NCBI GenBank assembly: GCA_964415355.1
Contig: CAYPYS010000004.1
Location: 27,220-91,219 of the forward strand
Direction: 5' to 3'
DNA length: 64,000 nt
Source: an uncultured Planctomycetia bacterium
Lineage (GTDB): Bacteria > Omnitrophota > Gorgyraeia > Gorgyraeales > Gorgyraeaceae
Shown: one piece after another, positions 9,664 to 19,946 of the stretch
How the letters are laid out: each line of letters starts with the position of its first letter
Position numbering within the stretch: position 1 is the first letter of the stretch
Translations under genes and position numbers: made by a program
The notes under the pieces: generated by a model
Database searches by the model: none
Seen by the model: the letters and a program-made list of their open reading frames with translations, nothing else
Told to the model about the DNA's origin: nothing

Positions 9664-11121
9664 TTAAAAAAATGCCTTAAGTGCTAAATTTATAAGCTTG
9701 AATAAATTATTTATTCTTATTCTACGGAAATGTTTTATTATTTGGGATGGCCTTAGATAGAATTCTCTTTGCGCTTTCTTCTGGAGTCCCTTGATCTCTA
9801 AATAAGAGAGTCCCGGCGTAACCCATATCGGATTATTCTTAGTAAAAGATATATAAGACGAGTACCTTTCCCAAACTGAAATATCTACGCTTCCATCCTT
9901 TTTTATCCCGGTATCAAGTCGATTTTTTTCTGATAATTCTGTAAACAACGAAGAACCAGGGTATGGGACCAAGATACTAAATTGCGCCATATCCAAAGGC
10001 AGGCTTTTAGAAAATCGTATAGTCTGTAAAGAATCCTTATATGTCTCTCCGGGCAACCCTAGAATAAACAGACCAACTATATGAATTTTAGAGTATTTCC
10101 TTACTATATTGATGGATTCCTTTATCTGTTCGATCGTTATTTTTTTTCCCGCGCTATCCAATAATCTCTGGACACCTGATTCAATGCCAAAATCAAGAGA
10201 ATAGCAACCTGCTGATTCGATCTCTTCTACCAATCTAGGAGTTATATGATTAACATGGGCATCACAACCCCATTTAATGTTCAGCTGTCTCTTTCTGATT
10301 TCTGAACATATCCTGAGAATGCGGTCTCTATCGCCCATAAAAAGCGGATCTGTTATCGTTATATAAGAAGCCCTGTATTCCTTTTCTAACACCTCCATCT
10401 CATCTACCACTCTTCTGGCGCTGTTGAAACGCTGTTTGCCATTATTGCGCACAACACAAAATATACAGTCATAAAGACATCCCCTGGATGTCGACATCGT
10501 CTTGGATATAGTTCCTTTCTTCCCAACGTAAAACTGATTGCTAATCTCGATTAGATTATACAATCTCTGATTAACTAAATCCCGCGCTGGAAATGGTAAT
10601 GTCGTTAAATCCAGGGTAACTTCTCTATCCGGAATCCTGCAATACATCCTTCCATCGCGAACAAAGGATATCCCCGGAATATCTCTAAGCCCTAACTCTT
10701 TTTTACGAAATTGTATTATTTTCAAGAAGGCAAATTCTCCTTCTCCGTGCACAACAATATCACAGCATCTATTTTCCAAATATTGCTTTGCGTATACAGA
10801 TGCATGCACATTACCTAGAACAACGAGTGCTTCCGGAATATTATTTTTTAACCAGCTGCCTAAATCATAAACTATTGCTCCATTGCAAGTTAAGGTTGAA
10901 ATCCCCACAATATCTGGTTTATAATTTAATATTTGCGTCTTTAAATCAGCTATACGCAATCCTTCGGCATAGGCATCTATGACCGCAACATCATAGCCGT
11001 TTTCTCTGATCACCGCTGCTATATATAGCAAGCCGAGCGGCTCATATCTTTGAACGAACTCTTCCCCTGATCCTAACAAACGTCCTAATCCCGCCGGTGG
11101 ATTCACAAGAAGAACCTTCAC
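9664..11121 (-). CDS. B12-binding radical SAM enzyme
   Basis: EPLGLLYIA, GNVHAS, HGEGE, SRGCLYDCIFC, GIESG. GTG start after AAGGAGG. Confidence 0.9.
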   Translation of the reverse strand: MKVLLVNPPAGLGRLLGSGEEFVQRYEPLGLLYIAAVIRENGYDVAVIDAYAEGLRIADLKTQILNYKPDIVGISTLTCNGAIVYDLGSWLKNNIPEALVVLGNVHASVYAKQYLENRCCDIVVHGEGEFAFLKIIQFRKKELGLRDIPGISFVRDGRMYCRIPDREVTLDLTTLPFPARDLVNQRLYNLIEISNQFYVGKKGTISKTMSTSRGCLYDCIFCVVRNNGKQRFNSARRVVDEMEVLEKEYRASYITITDPLFMGDRDRILRICSEIRKRQLNIKWGCDAHVNHITPRLVEEIESAGCYSLDFGIESGVQRLLDSAGKKITIEQIKESINIVRKYSKIHIVGLFILGLPGETYKDSLQTIRFSKSLPLDMAQFSILVPYPGSSLFTELSEKNRLDTGIKKDGSVDISVWERYSSYISFTKNNPIWVTPGLSYLEIKGLQKKAQREFYLRPSQIIKHFRRIRINNLFKLINLALKAFF

Positions 11122-11147
11122 TTGACCTCCTTTAAATCTTTAATTTT

Positions 11148-11176
11148 ATTGTATACCAAACTATGGGTCTTTTCAA
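11148..11176 (-). promoter_or_regulatory. Putative sigma70 promoter for the inverted radical SAM gene
   Basis: Minus strand TTGAAA-17 nt-TACAAT. A divergent TGC-TATAAT at 11236-11244 faces the GT2 gene. Confidence 0.55.
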
Positions 11177-11279
11177 GGCAAGCATTGCCGATGCCCCGGA
11201 CTATACAAGTTTAAGTTTTGTGCCACTATTACCTGTGCTATAATATAAGAAACACGATGTAACCTGGCTGAGGCAAAAA

Positions 11280-11981
11280 ATGGATAAATGTAAATATTCT
11301 GTGGTTATACCGATATATAACGAGTTTAATTCTATTTTGCCTTTATATAATAATCTATCTTATGAAATGAACAAGCTGCAAGATTCGTATGAGATAATAT
11401 TTGTCAATGATGGTTCTGTTCCTATGGAGGGTATGTGTCATTTAAAAAACAGCATGGATAAAAACATCTCTAAAATCGTAGATCTCCCAAAACGCATGGG
11501 CCAGACAAAAGCCCTGGCCGTAGGATTTAAAGAATCCCGGGGAGACATTATAATTTCCATGGATGGTGACCTGCAGGATAATCCAAAATATATCCCAAAT
11601 TTTATTGAGAAATTTTATCAAGGATTTGATGTCGTATGTGGCTATAGAATCAAGAGAAATTCCGGAAAAATGACGATAATCCTATCGCGCACAGGAAACT
11701 TTTTACAAAGAATGCTTTTTCATACTAAATTACACGATATCTCCTGTACATACCGTATATATAAAAAGGATTGCATTAAAAATCTAAGGCTTATAAGAAA
11801 GGGGTATCATAGATACATCCCGCTACTCTTAATTGCGAAAGGATTTAAACTAACGGAGATCCCTATTAAGCAGGGGAAAAGGCTTTATGGTCATTCGAAA
11901 TATAGTGTTTTTTTCAAAGTACCGAGAATTGTAACCAATCTCCTTCTATTATTATTCGATATAGCTACTAACAAAACATAA
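11280..11981 (+). CDS. GT2 glycosyltransferase, polyprenol-phosphate (DPM/ArnC-like) type
   Basis: SVVIPIYNE, VNDGS, MDGDLQD, GFDVVCGYR, HRYIP, GHSKY. Confidence 0.85.
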   Translation: MDKCKYSVVIPIYNEFNSILPLYNNLSYEMNKLQDSYEIIFVNDGSVPMEGMCHLKNSMDKNISKIVDLPKRMGQTKALAVGFKESRGDIIISMDGDLQDNPKYIPNFIEKFYQGFDVVCGYRIKRNSGKMTIILSRTGNFLQRMLFHTKLHDISCTYRIYKKDCIKNLRLIRKGYHRYIPLLLIAKGFKLTEIPIKQGKRLYGHSKYSVFFKVPRIVTNLLLLLFDIATNKT

Positions 11982-11988
11982 GAAGCCT

Positions 11989-13851
11989 ATGTGTAGTATA
12001 TTTGGTTATATAAATTTTGATTCCAAAAAAAATGCCCAAAAAGAAATATTGGTCAAAATGGGGCGATCTATCAAGCGCGGGGAAGCAAACAGTAGCGATC
12101 TTTATATTAAAGATAACGTTGCCTTAGCCCGCCAGCCTATATCAAATGAGGACGGAACAGTCTACCTCGTTCTAAACGGAGAAATATACAACCATGGATA
12201 TCTGTCAGAAGAATTAAAAAAAAGAGGGCACATATTTAAAAGCCGGTCAGACTCAGAGATATTGCTCCATCTTTATGAAGAGGAGGGGATAAAATTCCTT
12301 GATAGGATCCAGGGTATGTTTTCCTTCGCGCTTTGGGATATGAGAACAAAAGATTTTTTCTTAGTGCGTGACAGATTGGGCATAAAACCATTGTATTGCT
12401 ATGCTGGTAAAGATATATTGGTTTTTGCGTCAGAATTAAGGGCTATTCTGGCGCACCCTGCAACAGACAAGGAACTGGACCTTGTGCCCATGCATCACTA
12501 TTTCACCTATGGATATATCCCTGCTCCGATGAGTATTTTTAGAGATATAGAAAAAATACCACCTGCAAATTATTTACACCTTTACAAAAATTCTTTTTCC
12601 CTGAAAAGATACTGGTCATCTGTACCTATAGAAACAAATGGGTCTAAAGAAAAAAACTATGTTGAAAAAATGCTCTACCTATTGGAAAATTCTGTCAAGG
12701 AACAATTAACAGGCAATGTACCTTTGGGTATATTTTTAAGCGGGGGTATTGATTCAAGCATTATAAGCTATCTGGCAGCATCCCAGATGACAGACAACAA
12801 GATTAAAACATTCAATATATCCTCCGATGACCCTGAATACAGCGAATCTCAATATGCGAAATTAATCGCTAATTATTTGAATGTAGAGCATTTTACAAAA
12901 AGGATTTCTTCAAAAGAAATAATTAATAATGCCCGGGGAATTCTTGAGCTACTAGATGAACCCTTGGCAGATTCTTCCTTTATCCCTACATATTTATTAT
13001 CTTCCTTTGCGAGCGAACATGTAAAGGTCTGTTTGAGCGGTGACGGAGGAGATGAAATCTTTGCTGGATATCCGACATATCTGGCACAGCCGATAGCCGA
13101 CGGCTACAGAAAAGTGCCTTTTTTTATGCGAAAACACATCTTTGATAAATTAGCCAATGCTATCCCTATAAAAAATTCAAACAATAAAATTGATTTCTTA
13201 TTAAGGATTTTCCTCAAAGGTATAGATTATGAAGATGTTGAAAGGAATATAATATGGTTTGGGCCCTTTGCGCCACATGAAGCAGATAGCCTATTCAAAG
13301 AGAAAATAGTAGAATATCCAAACAATAATACTGTATTTACGATTGTAAAAGAATATGTAAAAAATAGCGGCGTCCTTGGGAGCTTGGAGAGGCAATTATT
13401 AGTAGACAGGCGATTTTATCTGGCAGGGGCCATGCTCACCAAAACAGGCCAGGCAAGCATGGCTAATTCTTTGGAAGTGCGGGTACCTTTTTTAGACCAT
13501 AGAATAGTTGAATTCTCTGATACACTGCCGAGAAATTTCAAACTGCGTCTATTTACAAATAAATATATTTTGAAAAAGGTATTTCATGGCAAGCTCCCAA
13601 ATAAGATTCTGTATCGCAAGAAACAAGGTTTTAATATTGCGATTGGAAAATTATTAAAACAGGGCCTATTGGATAAATTTATTGATCTTTTGGACAAAAA
13701 TGCTATAAAACGCCAAGGAATATTTGATTACGGTTATATTAAACAAGTGATTTCCGAGCATATGCGTTCAAAAAAAGATAATCGTCGGCAGATATGGGCA
13801 ATCATAGCATTCCAAGTTTGGTTTAACAAATATTTCAAATCGTTAAACTGA
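11989..13851 (+). CDS. asnB: Second AsnB-like amidotransferase with an altered glutaminase domain
   Basis: MCSIFG, NGEIYN, RDRLGIKPLY, SGGIDSS, SGDGGDE and EVRVPFLD are present; HRGPD and RLxIID are missing. Confidence 0.85.
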   Translation: MCSIFGYINFDSKKNAQKEILVKMGRSIKRGEANSSDLYIKDNVALARQPISNEDGTVYLVLNGEIYNHGYLSEELKKRGHIFKSRSDSEILLHLYEEEGIKFLDRIQGMFSFALWDMRTKDFFLVRDRLGIKPLYCYAGKDILVFASELRAILAHPATDKELDLVPMHHYFTYGYIPAPMSIFRDIEKIPPANYLHLYKNSFSLKRYWSSVPIETNGSKEKNYVEKMLYLLENSVKEQLTGNVPLGIFLSGGIDSSIISYLAASQMTDNKIKTFNISSDDPEYSESQYAKLIANYLNVEHFTKRISSKEIINNARGILELLDEPLADSSFIPTYLLSSFASEHVKVCLSGDGGDEIFAGYPTYLAQPIADGYRKVPFFMRKHIFDKLANAIPIKNSNNKIDFLLRIFLKGIDYEDVERNIIWFGPFAPHEADSLFKEKIVEYPNNNTVFTIVKEYVKNSGVLGSLERQLLVDRRFYLAGAMLTKTGQASMANSLEVRVPFLDHRIVEFSDTLPRNFKLRLFTNKYILKKVFHGKLPNKILYRKKQGFNIAIGKLLKQGLLDKFIDLLDKNAIKRQGIFDYGYIKQVISEHMRSKKDNRRQIWAIIAFQVWFNKYFKSLN

Positions 13852-13879
13852 TCATGGCATTCTTATCGAAGTCAATTTT

Positions 13880-15418
13880 ATGCGAAAAAATAATAAAATA
13901 ATACTGTTGTTTATTTTATTATACGGTACCTTTTTGAGACTATATTCTCTGGGCAGGGAAAGCCTCTGCGTACTTGAAGTAGTTACTGTGGATGAATCTG
14001 TACGTAGCATATCAAATCTAGTCAAATATTGGGCCTCGGTTGGACATTTTCCGCCTTATTTCCTCATGATGCATTACTGGATGAAATTATTTGGAAAGGG
14101 AGAGTTTATCGTACGTTTTCCCTGTGCAATATTTGGGATTATGTGTATCTATATCATGTTCCTCCTGGGAAAAAGCCTTTATAACAAAAAGACGGGCCTA
14201 TTGGCCAGTTACCTTCTTGCCGTGAGCACAATCAATATATATTATTCTCAATGGGCAGAAGAATACACTATGGCACTATTTTTTACCTTATTATCCTTTT
14301 TGTTTTTATCTGAGGCCTTAAAAAGGGGCATTAACTTGCTCTGGTTGGGTTATATATTATCTACTTTGCTTGCATTGTTTTCGAACCTATCTACCTTACC
14401 AATTCTTATATGCCAGATATTATATGTAATGTTACTATGGGTAAGGCATAAAAAGGATATTAATTTCAAACATATGTTTTTTGTATTTACATGCATTATT
14501 GTCATCTATTCCCCGGGTTTTCTATTCTTTCTCAAGCCTCAATTAAAAAATATACTGTCGTGGCTTTCCCTGCCTTCCTTTAATACTATCGTAAATATCT
14601 TCAATCTATTCGGGCCTAAGATATACACAGTTAATCCAAAATTTCCAATTGAATCGCGTCTAATTTTTCGCTATATCTTTAGCATCGCACTGTTTTTATT
14701 GTGCCTGACGGGGGCATATAATTCTTTTAAATTTAACAAAAAAAATAACGTCCGTTCTAAAGAAAATGGCTTTGAAGCAGGATTGTATCTATTATTATGG
14801 CTTGGCGCACCTATTGTTTTACTGTTTACTTTTTCATATCTTGTCACACCTGTATTTGGGCCGGTAAGATACGTATTATACGCCTCCTGCGCCTACTATC
14901 TACTGATCAGTAAAGGGATAATGTCGCTGAAAGGGAAAGCGCGGATCTTAATAATTGTCTTTGTCGTATTCATGGGGTCTCTGTTCCTGCGAGAATATTA
15001 TCACGTAGAGAAAAGGACAAATTGGATAAAGATATGTGGCTATATCAAAGAAAACATCAAGGATGACGAAAGGACAGCCTTTAAGATGAACGATTTTCTG
15101 CCCCTTTCATGGGTAGAACACAGGATGTTGCTATATTATTCGGCTCCTCGCATCATAGGAATAAACATACACGAAGATCCTGAAAAAATAATAGCGGATA
15201 CACCTTACAGCAGAACGTTAAAATCAGTAAAATGGGAATGGCATAATATAGAAGATCTAGATTTTGGTGGCATATGGCTGATTATAGCCGGTTTACGAGA
15301 TAGTCATAAAGATATCATAAAGATGTTCCAGGATAAATATATTCTGGTAGAGGAACGGGTATTTTATGACGTCAGTCTATACCATCTTCGATTAAATAAT
15401 AGTCGGCATTTTTATTAA
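13880..15418 (+). CDS. GT-C membrane glycosyltransferase (GT39/PMT_2, ArnT-like)
   Basis: LRLYSLG.ESL, HFPPYF, EFIVRFP, IYYSQ, RY; about 11 TM segments. Confidence 0.8.
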   Translation: MRKNNKIILLFILLYGTFLRLYSLGRESLCVLEVVTVDESVRSISNLVKYWASVGHFPPYFLMMHYWMKLFGKGEFIVRFPCAIFGIMCIYIMFLLGKSLYNKKTGLLASYLLAVSTINIYYSQWAEEYTMALFFTLLSFLFLSEALKRGINLLWLGYILSTLLALFSNLSTLPILICQILYVMLLWVRHKKDINFKHMFFVFTCIIVIYSPGFLFFLKPQLKNILSWLSLPSFNTIVNIFNLFGPKIYTVNPKFPIESRLIFRYIFSIALFLLCLTGAYNSFKFNKKNNVRSKENGFEAGLYLLLWLGAPIVLLFTFSYLVTPVFGPVRYVLYASCAYYLLISKGIMSLKGKARILIIVFVVFMGSLFLREYYHVEKRTNWIKICGYIKENIKDDERTAFKMNDFLPLSWVEHRMLLYYSAPRIIGINIHEDPEKIIADTPYSRTLKSVKWEWHNIEDLDFGGIWLIIAGLRDSHKDIIKMFQDKYILVEERVFYDVSLYHLRLNNSRHFY

Positions 15419-15442
15419 AAATCGATATCTAATACGAAACAG

Positions 15443-16867
15443 ATGAAAGTCCTTCTTATAAATCCTAAAAATACACATGTAATTAAATCAAACTTTCCCG
15501 CAGAAATAGATAAAGAGACAGGGCCATTCGCCCCTCTTGGGCTTTTATACATTGCTGCCTTTTTAAAAAAAAGTTCTCGACACGCAGTAGACGTATTAGA
15601 TATGGAGATGGAAGATATTGATTTCTTCCATCTAGAAAATATTATAAAGGAAGATAAACCAGATATCGTAGGTATTTACACCACGACATTCACTTTGATA
15701 GACGTATATTTAACAGCACAGATAATCAAGGAAGCTGATAATACTATTCATATAACGCTTGGGGGGCCGCATATAAATATATACCCCGATGAATCTATAA
15801 GCAATAAAAACATTGACTCTATCATCCTGGGAGAAGGGGAAGTTGCCTTCTCGCGACTGGTTGACGCCTTGGAAAAAAAAATAGGCCTAGGTCACATAAA
15901 TGGCTTGGTGTATAAAGATAAACGCGGGGTAATAAAAACATCGGCCCCGAGACCGATTTATGATTTAGATGCCCTTCCATACCCTGATCGTACGATGATC
16001 TCTTACGAATCTTACGGCAACATATTAAGCCATGATCTACCTTCTGCTACTATGATCAGCGGCCGGGGATGTCCTCATAGCTGTATATTCTGTTATCATT
16101 CAAGCTTGGGAAAAGATGTTCGTTTACGCAGCGTTGATAACATTATATCTGAAATAGAAAACTGTTTAAACCTGGGCATAAAAGATATCTTTTTCTACGA
16201 TGATACATTTGTCCTGAATAAACAGAGAACAATTGATATATGCAATGCTATTATAGATCGCGGCTTCAAAATGCCCTGGGGAATCAGGACAAGAATAGAT
16301 AGCGTAAATAAAGATATACTTACAAAGCTAAAACAGGCGGGTTGCCAAAGAATCCATTTTGGAGTAGAGGCAGGTACTTCAAAAATACTATCTGTATTAA
16401 ACAGGCGTATGTCAATTGCTCAGATAAAAGAAGGCTTTAGATTGACCAGAGAGACTGGTATTAAAACCTTGGCCTATTTTATGATAGGCTCACCAACAGA
16501 ACAACTCGAAGATATACAGGAAACCATTGATTTTGCTATTATGCTAAAACCGGATTATGCCCATTTTTCTATAACTATGCCGCTTCCGGGTACGGATCTA
16601 TATAAAATGGGTTTGGAAACACGGCTCTTTAAAAATGATTTTTGGAAAGAATTCGCGATAAGTCCTAGCAATATATTCTCACCTCAGTTCTGGGATAAAG
16701 AGCTATCACAAGAAAAAATGAATCAACTCTTAAAATATGCTAATAGACGTTTTTATTTTAGACCTTATTATATTTTTAAAACACTGTTAAGAACAACTTC
16801 CTTAAGGGATCTAAGGAAAAAGATGAAGATGGGCCTGGGGCTTATCAAATTCATATCTAATTGTTAG
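15443..16867 (+). CDS. B12-binding radical SAM enzyme
   Basis: APLGLLYIA, GGPH, GEGE, GRGCPHSCIFC, YDDTF, GVEAG, PLPGT. Confidence 0.9.
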   Translation: MKVLLINPKNTHVIKSNFPAEIDKETGPFAPLGLLYIAAFLKKSSRHAVDVLDMEMEDIDFFHLENIIKEDKPDIVGIYTTTFTLIDVYLTAQIIKEADNTIHITLGGPHINIYPDESISNKNIDSIILGEGEVAFSRLVDALEKKIGLGHINGLVYKDKRGVIKTSAPRPIYDLDALPYPDRTMISYESYGNILSHDLPSATMISGRGCPHSCIFCYHSSLGKDVRLRSVDNIISEIENCLNLGIKDIFFYDDTFVLNKQRTIDICNAIIDRGFKMPWGIRTRIDSVNKDILTKLKQAGCQRIHFGVEAGTSKILSVLNRRMSIAQIKEGFRLTRETGIKTLAYFMIGSPTEQLEDIQETIDFAIMLKPDYAHFSITMPLPGTDLYKMGLETRLFKNDFWKEFAISPSNIFSPQFWDKELSQEKMNQLLKYANRRFYFRPYYIFKTLLRTTSLRDLRKKMKMGLGLIKFISNC

Positions 16868-16878
16868 GCAGGATAAAA

Positions 16879-18420
16879 ATGAATGCAAAATGGGTTTTGG
16901 TTTCTATTGTCGCTCTTGGATTTATATTGAGGGCTTTTTGCATTTTTCATCACTTGCCAGACTTTCCTCAGATAGAGGAAAATTTAGTACTAGGGAGCAT
17001 TTCGAATCTTAAGCCTTCGGATCTCAATCCTCATGATTTTATATACCCAGGGTTATTTTATTATTTACTCTTGCCTCTAGTTTCAGCTTGTAAGTTATTT
17101 TTATCATATCTTTCTATAAATTTGGTTAGTCCTGATATAATCATCGGTAGATGCGTCATTCTTACATTGTCGATATTCCATATAATTATTGTTTACATTA
17201 TTGGTAAAAGGCTTTTTGACTATAGATTAGGGCTCATTGCTGCTTTATTCTTAGCGCTAAACCCCTTGCACGCGTCTTTATCATATATCGCTAAACCGGA
17301 TATGTTGATGTCATTATTGATATCAATGGCTTTTTTATTTGCTTATAAATTATATGATAAAAAAACTCCGGAGAGCTGTGATTATATCATGGCTGGCTTA
17401 TTTGCTGGTCTGGCAGCCGCAGCAAAGTATAATGGGTTATTGGGGATAATGCCCCTCTTGGTCTCGCACTTCTTAAAATCTAACGGCAAGAGTCCCTTTA
17501 TAGGTAAAAATCTATTCTTGGCATTGTTTTCTTTAGGGTTAGTTTTTTTTCTCGCCAATCCTTTTATTATATTAGACTTTCAGCATTTTATTAAAGATAT
17601 TACAGGCGAGCTTAACGTATATCTATACGGATTTTTTAGAAATCCGTGGGCCAATAGGCAGGGGTGGATAAACTACCCCTTAGCGCTTAATAGCGTACTC
17701 GGCGCAGGAATCTTTATCTTATCAATTCCAGCATTAAGCCTGGCTATTTATAGACATTCAAAAAAAGATATCCTGATCTTATCTTTCCCTGTAGTTTATT
17801 ATATTATTATGGGAGCGAGCAAAAACAGTCCGGCGTGGTATCTGTTGCCTATAGTCCCTTTTATCCTACTCCTGGCAGCTAGATTCCTGATAATATTGGG
17901 TGACAAGGTCCATCGAATCATGCCGTTTAAAAAAATACGATACATAACCATTCCTTTATTATGCCTTATCTTTGGACTGCCATCGTTACATGACATTGCC
18001 CGATATAATAGGTGGGTCACTCAAAAAGATACACGCGTGGCGGCGCGCGAGTGGATCCTGAATAATATTAGTCCAGGAGAAAGAATCCTTATGGATGGGG
18101 TCAGCGGAGATATTCCTTTCATATTTGGAAAAAAGCGAGCCCATTACAACATAGATATCATTGATTGGGAAAAAGAAATTGATTACCAAAGCTTCTTTAA
18201 AGAAAACCGGTTCGATTTTATCATAATTGATTCGGACCTCAGGAATAAACCTAACAGCGTAATACCGCTATATGATTTTATAAACGATAAATTTGCTATA
18301 ATTCGAGAATTTATGCCTAGTATCGATAAGCCTAGGTCGCCTTTTATATATAATCCTTTATATCATCCTTATATAAAAATATATAACGGCAATGCTAACG
18401 TAAACATGAAATTCCTCTAG
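16879..18420 (+). CDS. GT-C membrane glycosyltransferase (GT39/GT83-like)
   Basis: LNPHDFIYPGL, AKPD, GLAAAAKYNG, NPFI, DTRVAAREWI. The ATG at 16879 is preferred over the TTG at 16861. Confidence 0.8.
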   Translation: MNAKWVLVSIVALGFILRAFCIFHHLPDFPQIEENLVLGSISNLKPSDLNPHDFIYPGLFYYLLLPLVSACKLFLSYLSINLVSPDIIIGRCVILTLSIFHIIIVYIIGKRLFDYRLGLIAALFLALNPLHASLSYIAKPDMLMSLLISMAFLFAYKLYDKKTPESCDYIMAGLFAGLAAAAKYNGLLGIMPLLVSHFLKSNGKSPFIGKNLFLALFSLGLVFFLANPFIILDFQHFIKDITGELNVYLYGFFRNPWANRQGWINYPLALNSVLGAGIFILSIPALSLAIYRHSKKDILILSFPVVYYIIMGASKNSPAWYLLPIVPFILLLAARFLIILGDKVHRIMPFKKIRYITIPLLCLIFGLPSLHDIARYNRWVTQKDTRVAAREWILNNISPGERILMDGVSGDIPFIFGKKRAHYNIDIIDWEKEIDYQSFFKENRFDFIIIDSDLRNKPNSVIPLYDFINDKFAIIREFMPSIDKPRSPFIYNPLYHPYIKIYNGNANVNMKFL

Positions 18421-18437
18421 AATTAAAATATTAATAT

Positions 18438-19934
18438 ATGGCTATACATAAAATCTCCACCTTTAAACCTAGGCCTGCATTATTGATTATCATAAGTGCG
18501 GTTCCGATATTCGGTTTATGTATCTGGATGATATCAGACACTGTGAAGGCAGGTATCCTGGACAGACAAATCCTTTATTGTGTCGATGAATTATTTAGAT
18601 ACAATTATATAGAAATGTCCCTTTATAATCCATATATACTATTAAATCCTTATCTAAAAGTGGGCTATGGGACATTACATGCGCTATTCTTGCATCTTTT
18701 GCCTCTGGGGATATCTTCATTGCGAACGCTCAATGCTATCTTTTCCATAGGAACGCTTCTTTTGATCTATAAGATAACGCAAAAGACGCGGCTTCCCGAA
18801 AGGGCCTCGGCATTTGCAATATTGCTGGCCTTTACCTTTCCTGTATATTTTCTTGTTTCTATCTCCACTTTGGCAGAAATTATATTTTGCTTTTTCCTTA
18901 TCCTAGCTATCTACCTAATATATTGCCAAAGGTATTTTTTATCCACTCTGGTGATAGCTTTTTTACCAACGGTTAGACAGGAGGGGATAATATTTTTAGC
19001 AATATGGCTTTTTTTGTTACCAAAAGGGCTTAAGGTCAAACATGGGTTGCTGCTTATCGCGCCATTTTTAACCTGGAGCATATTGAATAAGGTCTTGCTG
19101 GGGCATAGATTTCTTTACACTTTTTTCTGTAATCTGCCTGATAAGGCTCCTCCTTATTGTCTAGCGCCTGCCTCGCAATTCTTTCATACATTAGGACTCC
19201 TATGTCTTCACCCCATATTCCTGACCTGCCTTATAGGATTGGCCCTTAATCGCAGAAACCCTAAATATCGATATCTCTTTATCTGTTTTGTTTCTTATGT
19301 AACCATAATATTAATAGCCAATATCCTGCACCTTATAGATGCAAAGGCCTTTTCCCGAGAAATAAGGTTTTTGGTGCCATTGGTCCCTTTTATGGCAATC
19401 TACGGGGCTTCGGCAATAGAACATTTTTTAAGAAATAAAAAAACAAAAAAAAGTTTTTTTCTCTTTAGTATAACTACGCTTCTTGTCATCGGCGCATATC
19501 AGACGCAAGAATTACAGAAGGATCCCGAAATTCTTAAGGACTCTGTCTCTGCGGCGGAAGAACTGTCTATAAAAAGATTGGGGTCCTGGCTAAAAGATTT
19601 CATTGAAAAAGAAGACGTTGTGGATATTTATATCCCAGGAGAGAAATCAATAGATAAAATTTACCGCAGGCTGTGGGGGCATTTACCTGGTAATATAAAT
19701 TATTACGCCATAATTGGGACCATGGAATCATATCGATTAGACACTACGCAGCCCCTGGATATGGCTACATATACTATTGTGCCGTTCAAAAAAAATACAA
19801 AAGGCCTGTTTATTGCGTACGATAGATATGATAAGATCGGAAGCAGGCTAAACAATGTCGATTATAGACTCTTGAGGACAGAGCAGTCGTTATCTTTGTA
19901 TATTTACCTTATGGAATACGGTAATGATAAGTAA
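18438..19934 (+). CDS. GT-C-like polytopic membrane protein
   Basis: DE in the first loop (YCVDE), LAE, RQEG, RFLVP; paralog of 28923..30407. Confidence 0.6.
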   Translation: MAIHKISTFKPRPALLIIISAVPIFGLCIWMISDTVKAGILDRQILYCVDELFRYNYIEMSLYNPYILLNPYLKVGYGTLHALFLHLLPLGISSLRTLNAIFSIGTLLLIYKITQKTRLPERASAFAILLAFTFPVYFLVSISTLAEIIFCFFLILAIYLIYCQRYFLSTLVIAFLPTVRQEGIIFLAIWLFLLPKGLKVKHGLLLIAPFLTWSILNKVLLGHRFLYTFFCNLPDKAPPYCLAPASQFFHTLGLLCLHPIFLTCLIGLALNRRNPKYRYLFICFVSYVTIILIANILHLIDAKAFSREIRFLVPLVPFMAIYGASAIEHFLRNKKTKKSFFLFSITTLLVIGAYQTQELQKDPEILKDSVSAAEELSIKRLGSWLKDFIEKEDVVDIYIPGEKSIDKIYRRLWGHLPGNINYYAIIGTMESYRLDTTQPLDMATYTIVPFKKNTKGLFIAYDRYDKIGSRLNNVDYRLLRTEQSLSLYIYLMEYGNDK

Positions 19935-19946
19935 CAGGATAGGATC

